In this document: positions 35,570 to 46,200 of the stretch, one piece after another
How positions within the stretch are numbered: the first letter of the stretch is position 1
How the letters are laid out: each line of letters starts with the position of its first letter
Source of the DNA: a virus
DNA: 64,000 bases
IMG/VR virus record: IMGVR_UViG_3300043313_001040
Span: 1-64,000 of that record
Reading direction: 5' to 3' (one strand)
Notes under the pieces: model-generated
What the model was told of the DNA's origin: nothing
Database searches by the model: none
The model's input: only the letters and a program-made list of their open reading frames with translations
Position numbers and translations under genes: made by a program

Positions 35570-37774
35570 ATGGTCATCACCTCCGTAGCTGGCAGAAAAG
35601 ATCCCGAGCAGAAGACGCACCGCACGGCCTGGCTGGCTGGCGGAGCTGCTGCTGCCGTGGTCGGCGGTGTCCTTTATGGTGGGATTAAAGGTTACCGTTT
35701 GCCCGGAGGTGGTCGAGGGCACTTGATTGACGCAATTAAGGCTTCTGGCGTCCGAGAAGAGGCAGCCAAAAAAGCTGCCATTACTTCAGCCGAACGTTTG
35801 CAGCACGCTGCAAAAATTGATGAGCTGGTGCCGCACATTGCTGCCGAAGTGGCCGAACACGGCCCTGCTCATCACATGAAGACGGCCCGCGAGATCACGA
35901 AGCTGCCGGAGCCAGGCATTGCGCCGACGCACGCCGACTTCGAAAATATTACCAAGGCTCGCCGATACGCAGTCGATGCGGCCAGGAAACATGGCACCCT
36001 GGCCCTGACTGACCCGACCAAAAGAGATTGGGTCTACTGGGCCAAGCCGTTACATGGCGATAAGCCGACGCGCGGTCATTTCTTTCCGCCAGAGACGGCG
36101 CGCGAGCTTGATCAAAAGTGGATTAAGAAAGAGGCCAAGAACCGGATAACTCAAGATCCGGAATACGTTCATCCACGGGCTGTTCAAAAGGCACTGGAAA
36201 CCCGTGGCCTTAGGCAAGCAGGCGTGCGGGACCGTCGCGGCCCTGAGCATCTCCGCTCTGATGCTACCGAATGGCGTCCAGTCATTGACCCAAAGACCGG
36301 CCGCCAACAAGGCAAAGGAAAGCCCAAGGAGCTAATGGCGCTCTTCAAGCGAATTGAGTTCGATGTTTCGCTAAAGGAAGGTCGTGGTGCCAACGGTAAG
36401 TTCACGTCCAACAACGGGATGCCGCCACTATCGCCGCGCGACCTCCAGTATGCGTATCACGCGCCTCTGATTCGGCAGCACAACGAGCGCGAGCAGCCAA
36501 AGGGAATTTCGACTGGCAAGAAGCTGGCCATCGCGGGCGTGGGAGCAGCCGTGGGTGTAGGAGCACTCGTGCTGGGGAACAAAGCTTTCCGGAACAAGAT
36601 CATAGGTAAGGCGGCAGAGGAGGCTGGGGTTGCCACGGAAGCGGCCAGTTCTAAACTGCCTAAGGGAACACGAGAGGCTGTCGAGTCGGCATTTACCCAG
36701 CGCAATGATGCCAATGTTAAGGCCCTTCGCGCTGAAGCAGAACGCAAACTTTATGCGCAAGAGCTACGGCACTCAGAGGAAGTAGCCGGGCTGAAATCAA
36801 CCATTGAGGCTCATGCTCCAGCTTTGGCCGCGCGAGATGCACTGAAAGACAAGCACGAGAAGACTATCGAACATCTTCATGGCGAGTTGAGCAAGCTGCG
36901 GACTATCCTTAAAACCGACCCGGCTGGTCCTAAACCGGTCTTTACTCCGGTAGATCGGTTCAATCGTCCAATTCATCAGCGTGCGGCATACACCCATGAT
37001 AAAGCCATCACCGAGTTGCACAATGAAGCTGATCGTCATATCGAAGACGCCAAGACAACTCTCGGCGGTGTTGGGTTACGCCTGGAGAAAGCCCATGCTG
37101 ATCCGAAGACGAGTCCGCTGCAAAAAGCCAAGCTTATAATCGAAGAGCGACACCGCCGAGCACAACTCGACCAGCATCTTCAGCACAAACAGAAGATCTA
37201 CGAAATCGACAAAGTTGGCGACCTGGATGCCAAGGCTCAAGAGATCAACTCGCTGTATAAGTCGATGCTTGGGGTTCGAGGAACTACCAGGGCGAACATT
37301 GATGCTGATCACGCAAAGTTGAGCGCTGAAAATCGCGCAGCTAGGGCGGCGGGCAAGAAGGCGGAGATGCCATTTGGCGACGTAATTTCAATCAGTCAAC
37401 GAGGCATTGCAGCCGTTGAAGGCACCGGCGTTAAAGGCCACGGCGGAAAAAAGAAGAACACCAAGAACTATATGTCCGATCAGCGCCTGGCGACTCGACT
37501 CTGCCGCGCATTGACCAAACCCGCGTTCGAACTCGTTCGGCTAACTCCGCGTATGATCGAGCTGGGCATTGGTGGAGAGCCAGCTCTCACCAGGGATGTG
37601 TTCTCCGGAATTGAAGAATTCCTCGCCAACAAACGAGCCAGGCTGGGCAAATTGAATCTGACTCCCAGGAAAAAATTGACTGCAGCTAATTCAATGGCTG
37701 ATCTACCCGCCCACGAACGTTCGTTCAAATATTCAGCAGGCATGGTTCCCATTCGCAAGTCGCAGCTCGGTTGA
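35570..37774 (+). CDS. large basic putative internal head/ejection protein
   Basis: two glycine-zipper segments, RGANGKF motif, coiled coils. Confidence 0.6.
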   Translation: MVITSVAGRKDPEQKTHRTAWLAGGAAAAVVGGVLYGGIKGYRLPGGGRGHLIDAIKASGVREEAAKKAAITSAERLQHAAKIDELVPHIAAEVAEHGPAHHMKTAREITKLPEPGIAPTHADFENITKARRYAVDAARKHGTLALTDPTKRDWVYWAKPLHGDKPTRGHFFPPETARELDQKWIKKEAKNRITQDPEYVHPRAVQKALETRGLRQAGVRDRRGPEHLRSDATEWRPVIDPKTGRQQGKGKPKELMALFKRIEFDVSLKEGRGANGKFTSNNGMPPLSPRDLQYAYHAPLIRQHNEREQPKGISTGKKLAIAGVGAAVGVGALVLGNKAFRNKIIGKAAEEAGVATEAASSKLPKGTREAVESAFTQRNDANVKALRAEAERKLYAQELRHSEEVAGLKSTIEAHAPALAARDALKDKHEKTIEHLHGELSKLRTILKTDPAGPKPVFTPVDRFNRPIHQRAAYTHDKAITELHNEADRHIEDAKTTLGGVGLRLEKAHADPKTSPLQKAKLIIEERHRRAQLDQHLQHKQKIYEIDKVGDLDAKAQEINSLYKSMLGVRGTTRANIDADHAKLSAENRAARAAGKKAEMPFGDVISISQRGIAAVEGTGVKGHGGKKKNTKNYMSDQRLATRLCRALTKPAFELVRLTPRMIELGIGGEPALTRDVFSGIEEFLANKRARLGKLNLTPRKKLTAANSMADLPAHERSFKYSAGMVPIRKSQLG

Positions 37775-37789
37775 CACCCTTGCTTCGGT

Positions 37790-39031
37790 GTGAACGAAGT
37801 TAAGGTTACCTATTTCTCCGACATCCTCGGTCGATTCGACAAGGACTCGGGCAAAATCTACGGTGTATCAGTTATCACCGAAGGCAAAGCGAAGGGGCAC
37901 GATCTGATCGTCGATTCCCAGACGCTTATGGAGATCAAGGAGGCGGCTGAATCCTGCCCAGACGGTCGACTGAAGACCAAGCTCAACCACCGCAGCGGTG
38001 TGGAATCTGTCTTCGGTTACCTGGAGAACTTCCGGGTCGACGGTCCAAAACTTCTGGCAGATCTGAAGATGCTGAAAAGTCACAAAGATTTCGAACAAAC
38101 CTTCGAACAAATCGAGTCGCTTCCGAACGCCATCGGGCTCTCTGTTGCCTTCGTTGGCAAAGAAGAAAAGAACCGGTCTGGTCAGAAACTCGCTCGTTGC
38201 CGAGAGATTCTTTCCGCCGATCTGGTGCCTGAACCAGCGGCCAATCCGACCGGCATGTTTGAAGCAAAAGGAGCTGCCGTGGTTGACACCGAAAAAATAG
38301 ATAACATGAGCAAACCAAATGATCCGGCCGGACCGGCTAACGAGCCGGAAATCACGAACGCGCAAATCATGGCTTTCCTCCAGGAACAAGTCATGCCGCG
38401 TATCGAGGCGACTGAACAATTTCAAAAGGCCATCCAGGACGAACTGGAAGCCGCCGCTGGTGATCCGGAAGGCGCTGAAGATCCAGTGCCCGGTGCTGGC
38501 GATCCCGCCAACGCCAGTGCTCACAAGCCAGGTGCCGGTGGTGACACAAACGAAGGCGGAACTCGCGGTGGAGGGCCTGAGGGCAGCTCCATGCAGCGTG
38601 CCGCCGCTCGCCAGGGTGACCCCAATGCTCAGCCTGAGCCTGTCGCCGCTGAGATGTCCGCGCTGCGTGATGCGGTTATCAATCTGGAACGTAAAATCGC
38701 TGACAAGGAAAACGCAGAGCGTGAAGTCCAGTTCGAACAAGCACTGAAGGTCATCAAGGACAAGACCGAGGCCGTGGTTGAGTATGCGGCCCAGCTCGAA
38801 CAGGACAACACTGTTTTGCTCGAAGCTCTGAAGACTGGCACCATGCCGGTCAAAAACCACAAGAGCGAGATTCTGCTCGATACCGGCAACGAAGCCGATT
38901 TCCAAACCCGCGTGAAGAAACACGTGGATGCTGGCAAGACCAAAAGCGAGGCAGTCATGCTGGCTCGGAAAGAAGATCCTGCAGCGCACACCAAATGGCT
39001 TGAGAGCCAGGGAGTCGTCACCACTCTGTAA
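37790..39031 (+). CDS. prohead protease fused to scaffold
   Basis: GVSVITEG.AKGH; KLNH; IGLSVAF; SADLVPEPAANPTGMF; C-terminal acidic coiled coil. Confidence 0.85.
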   Translation: MNEVKVTYFSDILGRFDKDSGKIYGVSVITEGKAKGHDLIVDSQTLMEIKEAAESCPDGRLKTKLNHRSGVESVFGYLENFRVDGPKLLADLKMLKSHKDFEQTFEQIESLPNAIGLSVAFVGKEEKNRSGQKLARCREILSADLVPEPAANPTGMFEAKGAAVVDTEKIDNMSKPNDPAGPANEPEITNAQIMAFLQEQVMPRIEATEQFQKAIQDELEAAAGDPEGAEDPVPGAGDPANASAHKPGAGGDTNEGGTRGGGPEGSSMQRAAARQGDPNAQPEPVAAEMSALRDAVINLERKIADKENAEREVQFEQALKVIKDKTEAVVEYAAQLEQDNTVLLEALKTGTMPVKNHKSEILLDTGNEADFQTRVKKHVDAGKTKSEAVMLARKEDPAAHTKWLESQGVVTTL

Positions 39032-39048
39032 AAACCAGACCCAAACAT

Positions 39049-39417
39049 ATGAACCACAATAACGTAATTTCTCTCCCAGTCGGTGCTTCAGCGTTGGTCG
39101 CGCATCAGCGCGTCCGGCTGGCTGCTGGTCTGGTGGTGGCTGCCGGAGCTTCTGACAAGGATTGCCTCGGTCACGTCCTTCAGGACACCGTGGCTGGCGG
39201 CACTGCTGACATCGCGATCAAATTCGCGTCAGGAATGCACTATGCAATCGCTTCTGCCGCAATCAACAACGGCGATGCGGTAACCGGCGCGGCCGGTGGC
39301 AAAATCGTGGCAGGTGCTGCCGGAGTCGGCGGCGACGTAGCCGTGGCCCTCAGCGGTGCTACCGGAGACGGTTCGATCATTCGGATCATCTACGTGGGCA
39401 GCAACGCCGGAACCTAA
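39049..39417 (+). CDS. capsid cement/decoration protein (DUF2190-like)
   Basis: Ala/Gly-rich; ASAAI..GD.V...AGGK...VALSGATGDG.IIRI. Confidence 0.75.
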   Translation: MNHNNVISLPVGASALVAHQRVRLAAGLVVAAGASDKDCLGHVLQDTVAGGTADIAIKFASGMHYAIASAAINNGDAVTGAAGGKIVAGAAGVGGDVAVALSGATGDGSIIRIIYVGSNAGT

Positions 39418-39442
39418 TTTCAACTAACCAGAACCACACACT

Positions 39443-40399
39443 ATGTATTCCAACTCCGCAGCAGTAATCCGCCAGGACCTCAGCGTATTCGCAGAAGAAG
39501 CGGCTGGAGTAGACAACTACTTTATCGCCAGCAAGATCATGCCGGTGATCGAGTCGCCCGTGAAAGCGGGTGTCTACCCACGCATCCGCATCGCAGGAGG
39601 CCAGCTCATGAAGGCTGAGTCCACGCGGCGCGGTCCGACCGGCACCTACAACGAGATCGACCGTAAGATCGAGACGGATACCTTCGACTGCGTGGATCGC
39701 GGTCTTGAGGAACGTATCGACGACGTGATCGCTCGTGACCTGGAGCGCTTCTTCGACGTGGAGGTTCTGACGACGAAGTTGATCACGCGCCAGATCATGA
39801 TGGACTACGAGATTCGGGTCGCTGCGGCGATCATGAACACCTCGACGTTCAACACGACTGCGTTCACGACGCCGCTGACAGAAGCGAACGTCGGAACAAT
39901 CGACGTGGTGGCCGACATTTTTGCAGCCAAAGAGCGCCTCACCCGGCGCGGCATCGTCCCGAACACGATGATCATGACCGACTCGGTGTTCAACCGAATC
40001 CGTCGGACCATCAAACTCCAGACGTTCCTGTATGGAACGCTCGGAGCGGGCACCGGTTACCGCCTGGTCAACGCGCAAGACATCGGCAATGCCCTGGGCA
40101 TCCCGAACGTCTTCATCGCGGCGGCGACCTACGACCGTGCGGATAAGGGCCAGGCCCCAATCCTCACTCCAGTCTGGGGCAACGAAACAATCTGGATCGG
40201 CTACGTGGCCGGTGGCGACTTCAGCGCGATGGGCGCGGGCCGAACAATCGTGTGGAGCGCAGACGCCCCCGGGATGTTCGTGACCGAGACCTACCGTTCG
40301 GAGCCACGGCGTGGTGACATGGTTCGGGTGCGTATGCACTCAGCCGAGAAGATCATCGACGCGACGGCGGGCGAACTGCTCACGACCGGATGGGCGTAA
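39443..40399 (+). CDS. major capsid protein
   Basis: 318 aa after protease and cement; FIAS.IMP; PNTMIM; strongly biased codons. Confidence 0.85.
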   Translation: MYSNSAAVIRQDLSVFAEEAAGVDNYFIASKIMPVIESPVKAGVYPRIRIAGGQLMKAESTRRGPTGTYNEIDRKIETDTFDCVDRGLEERIDDVIARDLERFFDVEVLTTKLITRQIMMDYEIRVAAAIMNTSTFNTTAFTTPLTEANVGTIDVVADIFAAKERLTRRGIVPNTMIMTDSVFNRIRRTIKLQTFLYGTLGAGTGYRLVNAQDIGNALGIPNVFIAAATYDRADKGQAPILTPVWGNETIWIGYVAGGDFSAMGAGRTIVWSADAPGMFVTETYRSEPRRGDMVRVRMHSAEKIIDATAGELLTTGWA

Positions 40400-40412
40400 T
40401 TGGTAACTGACT

Positions 40413-40832
40413 ATGGCAACACTCGTAATCGTCCCAGCTAACGTAATCGCCAGTCCCAGTGCCACCAAAGGAACTGGGGTAGCTGGAGTTACGATCACGG
40501 CAGGCCAGGTCCTCTACAAAGATGCGGCCGACTCGAACAAGCTGAAACTGTCCGACGCCAACGGCGCAGCCGCGCTGCGTGTCGTCGACGGCATCGCTCT
40601 TCACGGGGCGTCAGCCGGTCAGCCGATTACCTACGTTACGCGCGATCCGCTTCTGGTGCTGGGCACCACCCTGGTTGCTGGAACGTCGTATATGCTGGCG
40701 TCTGATACCCCTGGCGGTATCGCTCCCATCGCAGATGCGGCTGCAGGTGATTACGTGACTTCCTTGGGAGTCGCTCATAGCACGACCGAGCTGAATTTTC
40801 AGCCTGTCGCTTCAGGAGCAGTTAAAGTCTAA
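40413..40832 (+). CDS. capsid decoration/cement-like protein
   Basis: AGVTITAGQVLY...GIALHGASAGQPI. Confidence 0.65.
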   Translation: MATLVIVPANVIASPSATKGTGVAGVTITAGQVLYKDAADSNKLKLSDANGAAALRVVDGIALHGASAGQPITYVTRDPLLVLGTTLVAGTSYMLASDTPGGIAPIADAAAGDYVTSLGVAHSTTELNFQPVASGAVKV

Positions 40833-40857
40833 TTTCTCATAGGGCAAGCGCGAACAC

Positions 40858-40896
40858 GGCCGCTCCGGGCGCATACGGAGCGGCCTTTTCGTTTTT
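40858..40896 (+). terminator. intrinsic terminator after the capsid genes
   Basis: GGCCGCTCCG-8nt-CGGAGCGGCC-TTTTCGTTTTT. Confidence 0.85.
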
Positions 40897-40907
40897 ACTC
40901 CTTGGCG

Positions 40908-41510
40908 TTAGCTCCGCATTCCTGTGTGGTCGCCAAGTTGCCCCTCTTGGAAAGAGGGAGGACTGGCGTTAGCTGAATCCGTTACGTGCGAGGGGAGAAG
41001 ACGCTTTGGAACAAACATGCCGCAAGGGTCTTGCTCGATGTGACCGATTTCCATTAGGTGCTCGACCCACGACTTATCTAGATGCGGGGCCCACGGAATC
41101 AGGAAACGAATGATGCCGTTCTGAGCGATGTAGAACGCTTTCTTTTCGGTAAGCTCGTTCTGGCCTTGAGTGGTGCCTGTGGTTACATCCGCCTCTTTTA
41201 ATCCTGAAACTCGGTCGATGGCGTTCACGAACTGCTTCATTGCTTGACGCAGACTTTGATTGTCACCAGTAGTTGACCAACAATCAGCCTGTTCACGAAT
41301 GAACATCAACACCTTGTCCTTCTCCTCGGTGGCTTGTTGGAGGGCTGAGAGGATGATGGGAATTACTTCCTGATACTGCGCTTCCTGTTTAGCTTGGAAC
41401 TCGCTCGGAGTGTAAAACTCAATGTCCGCTAAAAGGTTCTCGACGCACAGCTTTTCAGCCGCGTTCCTTGCAATCTCCTCTAGTTTCGGTGTGATTTTTT
41501 GTTGGTTCAT
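40908..41510 (-). CDS. counter-oriented moron-like hypothetical protein
   Basis: 200-aa ORF with CAACAA..AAGTA leader typical of the early arm. Confidence 0.6.
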   Translation of the reverse strand: MNQQKITPKLEEIARNAAEKLCVENLLADIEFYTPSEFQAKQEAQYQEVIPIILSALQQATEEKDKVLMFIREQADCWSTTGDNQSLRQAMKQFVNAIDRVSGLKEADVTTGTTQGQNELTEKKAFYIAQNGIIRFLIPWAPHLDKSWVEHLMEIGHIEQDPCGMFVPKRLLPSHVTDSANASPPSFQEGQLGDHTGMRS

Positions 41511-41558
41511 GTTTTACTTTTTATTGTTGTTGGTTTACTTGACACTGAAATCTTAGGT

Positions 41559-41879
41559 ATGGCCGATCCGACCAGGTTCATCAAAGGCATGGAGCGAGCC
41601 AACCTGAAGTCGCTCATGATCATGAGCGAGCCTGCCACGCTGAATGGCCACACGATCCGCGTTGCCATTGACGATCTCTCAGCCACTTCTTATGCTCGAT
41701 CCGGTGGCATCAGCGCCGGTGTGGAATCAGCCGTGTTCGTTGGCGACGAAGAGTTCCACGCGGCCGGTGGCAAGAAGGGTTCCGCTATCACTTTCCAGAA
41801 TGGCAAAACCTCAATCGTCCAAAAGATCAGCGACTTCGAAGGCGTGCTTTACCTGCAGCTCGCACCCTTCAGGCCGTAA
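41559..41879 (+). CDS. head-tail adaptor/closure protein (start trimmed)
   Basis: position; TTGACAC box 20 bp upstream of ATG. Confidence 0.6.
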   Translation: MADPTRFIKGMERANLKSLMIMSEPATLNGHTIRVAIDDLSATSYARSGGISAGVESAVFVGDEEFHAAGGKKGSAITFQNGKTSIVQKISDFEGVLYLQLAPFRP

Positions 41880-41899
41880 TCTTTGCAGCACGCTGCAAT

Positions 41900-42313
41900 A
41901 TGGCTACTGACCCGAACACGTCGATGAAGACCAGGGCCGGAGAATTCTTCCGGAAGAACCTGGACATGAATGAGATCAAGTTCTTTCAGAACAATGCGGA
42001 CACGGACGCAGCGCCACCCTACGGCGTCGTCACCGTCACCAGGATGCAGGAAATCGTTCCTAATACGCACGTGTTCAACGCCGAGGTCAAAATTGCCGTA
42101 GTGACCTCCATCGACATTTCATCCTCGGAACAGCACGATACGCTCCTGGAACTGGTGCAGGATAAGCTGGCTCAGATCCCCAAGCGCGTCACCGATGACG
42201 ACATTGGTATCCGGATCTTTGGCTGGGTCGAACTCTACAGCGAGAGCGTCACCAAAGATGAATCGCAATCATTCTCGGACGTTATTACGATCAAGCTGGG
42301 GTGCGGCGGTTGA
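41900..42313 (+). CDS. tail terminator/completion-like protein
   Basis: position; PPYGVVTV motif. Confidence 0.55.
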   Translation: MATDPNTSMKTRAGEFFRKNLDMNEIKFFQNNADTDAAPPYGVVTVTRMQEIVPNTHVFNAEVKIAVVTSIDISSSEQHDTLLELVQDKLAQIPKRVTDDDIGIRIFGWVELYSESVTKDESQSFSDVITIKLGCGG

Positions 42314-42328
42314 CACGCGAAATAGGGT

Positions 42329-42688
42329 ATGCCTTCCGCTAATTACGATCAGTTCGGTGACCTAAGCTACCAGTTCGGCATCGCCGCTGCCGATACGACA
42401 ATCGTCGCTGGTATGGCGGTCGAACAAATCACCGTTACCGGCACTCCTGAGTTCGAGGCGATGGCGAAGAACTCTGGCGGCATGACTGCCTCCTACGTGC
42501 GAGGCAAAGACAAATACGAATTCTCCGCGAGTGGCTTCCTAATCGACGAGTCTGCCTTCGACGCGGTTCCAAATTTCACCTACGACGGCCACTTCTTCAT
42601 CATCAACAAGAGGGAGAAGGCCGACTCGAACGTTGATTTCCGCAAGTGCAACATCTCTGGTGTAGCATTCGCGCTGATCACCACGTAA
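42329..42688 (+). CDS. tail tube protein (putative)
   Basis: position before chaperone and tape measure; beta-rich; TTGACAC box upstream. Confidence 0.55.
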   Translation: MPSANYDQFGDLSYQFGIAAADTTIVAGMAVEQITVTGTPEFEAMAKNSGGMTASYVRGKDKYEFSASGFLIDESAFDAVPNFTYDGHFFIINKREKADSNVDFRKCNISGVAFALITT

Positions 42689-42697
42689 TCTCAGCAT

Positions 42698-43270
42698 GTG
42701 CTGGATGACGGTTTCGCTGAAGCGTGGGTAAATCGCACCCATCGGGTGCTAGGCAAAACACTCCTTCCATTCAGTCTCTGGCACAGGTTCCAGATGCTGA
42801 TTCTGGACTCGCCGTTCCTTAAGAACGAGATTCCGAAACCACTTGAGTTCGAACAAGCGATCCGCGCTTGCCGGTTGACTTATCCGGATACGGTCGACAC
42901 CAAGATCAATATGTGGTCGCTGCGGTGGCGGTTGGCTGGCCGCAAATACATCGACGAATGCCTCGCGTTCGACGCTTACATGCGAGACTACTATTCTCCT
43001 CCTAAGTTCTTGCCGCCCACCAAGAAGTATCATCAGAAGGAGGTCAACCACCCGCCACCAGAAGAAATGCGAATCTTCAGTGCCGTAGTCATGCTGACCG
43101 GCTGGCCCGAAGAAAAGATCTGGAACATGCCCATTGGCCAGGCCTACTGGTATGCGGCCGGGCACTGGTATCAGCAGGGACAAGAACTCGACTTCTTGAC
43201 ACCGGAACATCTAGTGTTGAAGCAGCGCCTCGATAAAATGAAAGCCGACAAGGAGAACGCAGATGCCTAA
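42698..43270 (+). CDS. tail assembly chaperone (putative)
   Basis: VLG..LLPFSLWH...SPF; W.MPIGQAYWY; just before tape measure. Confidence 0.6.
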   Translation: MLDDGFAEAWVNRTHRVLGKTLLPFSLWHRFQMLILDSPFLKNEIPKPLEFEQAIRACRLTYPDTVDTKINMWSLRWRLAGRKYIDECLAFDAYMRDYYSPPKFLPPTKKYHQKEVNHPPPEEMRIFSAVVMLTGWPEEKIWNMPIGQAYWYAAGHWYQQGQELDFLTPEHLVLKQRLDKMKADKENADA

Positions 43271-46200
43271 CCCAGCTTTTGTTGGCACCGGTCTTACTGA
43301 TCTCAAACAGGCACTCGCTGGCCTGAACAAGGGTGGAGGCCTGGAGTGGGGTGGCTTTGCTGGCCTCAGCGAATTGGCTACCGGTGCAAGTAAGACTAAG
43401 GCAGTTATCGAGTCGATTAAATGGGCCGCATTCGCCAGGGCTGGTGTTGCGGGGTTCATGTCTATTGTCCCAGCAGCCTACGCTCTGATGTTCGGCATCC
43501 GGAAGGCCGTTACTGAGTCAGGAATCCTTCAGGCTGCGTTGCAGCGACTGGGTGAGACAAAGGTCCTCACCGCTCAGTTCACGCAGTTCTTGGGCAGCGT
43601 GCAGCTTGCGCGACAGCGTGTAGGAGAGCTTTACGCTTTCGTGGCGAACTCGAAGTTCAACATGGGCGAGGCTGGTAACGCTTCGAAAACCCTTTCCATT
43701 CTGACTAATGGAGCCGAGGGCAGTATCGGCAGCCTTCAAATGCTCGGCCGGGTTGCAACTGCCACGGGCAATAGCCTGGAAGAACTAGCTCTCTATTACG
43801 GCAAGTTCAGCCAGCAAAGCCGCAATGGCGAGGACATCTCCGGCACCGTCCAGGCACTCAGGGAGATGGGCGTTATTACCGAATCGACGGCCGCCTCGCT
43901 GATCAACCTACAGAAATCGGGCGCATCTGCCAGCCAGCTCATGTCGGCGTTCAGGAACGACATCGCCGCCGTCGCCGCCGCTTCGACCGATACCAGCGAC
44001 TCCATTGAGGAACTCCAGGATCGAGTTGAAAAGCTCAAGCAATCCGCCGCTGCGGGCTTCGGGAAAGCCTGGATGAAACAGGAAGCTCGTGACCTGGAAG
44101 GTCAGGTCAAGCTCTGGACCGCAATTAGCGGCGCTACCGAGCAGTTTGGCAAGAGCCTGGAGTATGTCACAAGGCCCGCCAACAATCTAAAGAACGCGCT
44201 CTACGACATGGCGGGAACAGACGCGTTCAAGTCATCTCTAAAAACCTTGTCCGACATGGTGTTCATGCTGCCCATAGCCATTGCTGGATACAGCACGTTA
44301 AAAACATTGATGGCCGGGGAGTTACCCGGAAAGGGCTTGATCAAAACAGCGGGTGGCGCACTCAAGACAGTGTTAAATCCTGCTGCTGCCGCTAGGGGAC
44401 GAGGAACTGCCCTGGCTGGTGCTGCTGACGATATTCTTGAAGTTGCCTTGGCTACTCAAGCAGCTGGCGGAACAGTCACTCGTGGAACAGTAGCGAAGCT
44501 GGCAGGAACCGAAGCACTAAGTAAGGGTTTCATGGGTCTGGGTAATGTTCTGAGTGCTGCCGGGGCAGGCATGGTTCGCGTCGGCGCGTTATTGGCCCGA
44601 CTCGCCCCAGTGGGACTGCTTGTTACTGCCAGCACAATGCTTTTGGCAAAAGCCTGGGAGACTTATCGTGATCGTCAAGAACGTGCCGCCAGTGCCGCCA
44701 GAGATGCGCGAGACGCGATGGCAACACGATCCGGTTTAGCTAAAGAGATCGAAAGCGTAAAAACCCTTGATGACAAGACTCGTAAGTTGGCTGAAGCCCG
44801 CAAGTTGCTCAATTCTGCGATAGCCGAGCGTGCCAGAGTTCAATCTGATTCTTCCTCTACCGAGGATGAAGAGTCGGCCGCTATCGCTCTTGTTCATGAA
44901 CGAGAAAGAGCAGTGAAGGCTATCTCGGAAATCAATGTAAAAAACCTGGGGATGACCGAGAAGGAATTCTCCTATCGTCTTCGGCAGATCGACGTGGAGA
45001 ACGAGATTGCCGACATTCAGTATCAGGCGGCCATGAACAGGGCCAATGCGGTTCAGCGAGAGATCATGGCCAACACTCGTTTGGAAATGCTTCATAAAAG
45101 AATGGCCGAGCACGAAGCTATCCGGAAAGAGGAACCAGCGCTTCTCGCAAATCAGCAGGCCATTGATCAAGAACGAGCAGAACGTCGAGGCAAAGCTGCT
45201 GGCGCGAAAGGCGAATTGTTCAATCTCAGCAGGGAGGCGGTAGAACTTCGTAAGGAGATGAACATGCCATCTCAAAGGAGCGAGACTCGTCAACGCGAGT
45301 TGCGCGCCAGGATGGAGATTAACCTCGCTCGTCAGCAGCAGCTTCAGGGACAAATCGCTGGATTCCAAAATCCAACCGCCAAAGAGGAGCAGTTAAAAGC
45401 TGAGCGAAAAAGGATGATCGAGCAAGGCTCTTCCGAGCATAACTTGTTAATGCAGCAGGCGGAAAATGAGACCGATCCTCATAGGGCCAAAGAACTCCGA
45501 CTGGAAGCTGCTCGCGTTGTGGCGAGAAAAGACGATGCGCTGAAAGAGGAGGCAGCTCAGCTTGAGGCTACTGCCAAAGAACGCAAAGCCGCTGCCGACA
45601 AAGAGATTCGAGATTACGATACCAGCCGGTATGTTCGCAAGCTCCAGGACAAAGCAACCATGGCTGCCGCAGCCGGTAACTTTGGTCTCGCCGCTGCCTA
45701 CCAAAAGGCCGCCCAGGATCGTGAAGACGCCACGAATGACGCGAACCGGTTAGACCAACTGACCCTTGAAATGGGTGGCAAGTTTGCCGCTGCCATGAAA
45801 CTTTCACAGGAGCAGGAAGATCGGAAGAGAACCCGCGCCGCCACGGCCGAGGCACGCTTTGGACCAGAAGGCACCGCCACCCGCACGTTGCGTGAACGTC
45901 AGCTTGCGCTCGCTGAGCGCGGCCTTGGGATTCCAGGGTTCGCGGGTCCAGGAATCAGGGGAGCTGCAGCCGGTCGCGAGCTGATCAAGATGCAGGACAT
46001 TGATCAATTCAATCAGACTCTTCAAGAGCTGATGCAAGGTATCGAGGCGACTCCGGAGAACGTCAAAAACGCCACTCGGACAGCTCAGCAACTCACGGCG
46101 GCTGACATTATCGAAAAGACTGCCGACCTGCAGGGAGTTGGCAGCATGGGTGACAGCCTGACCAGGGTAGGTGGTGGCGGCGGATTTTATGCTGGTGCAG

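Noticed and set aside
42698-43270. Programmed frameshift in the tail chaperone
   Set aside because: A single ORF spans the tube-to-tape-measure gap, and no clear slippery site or second frame is needed.
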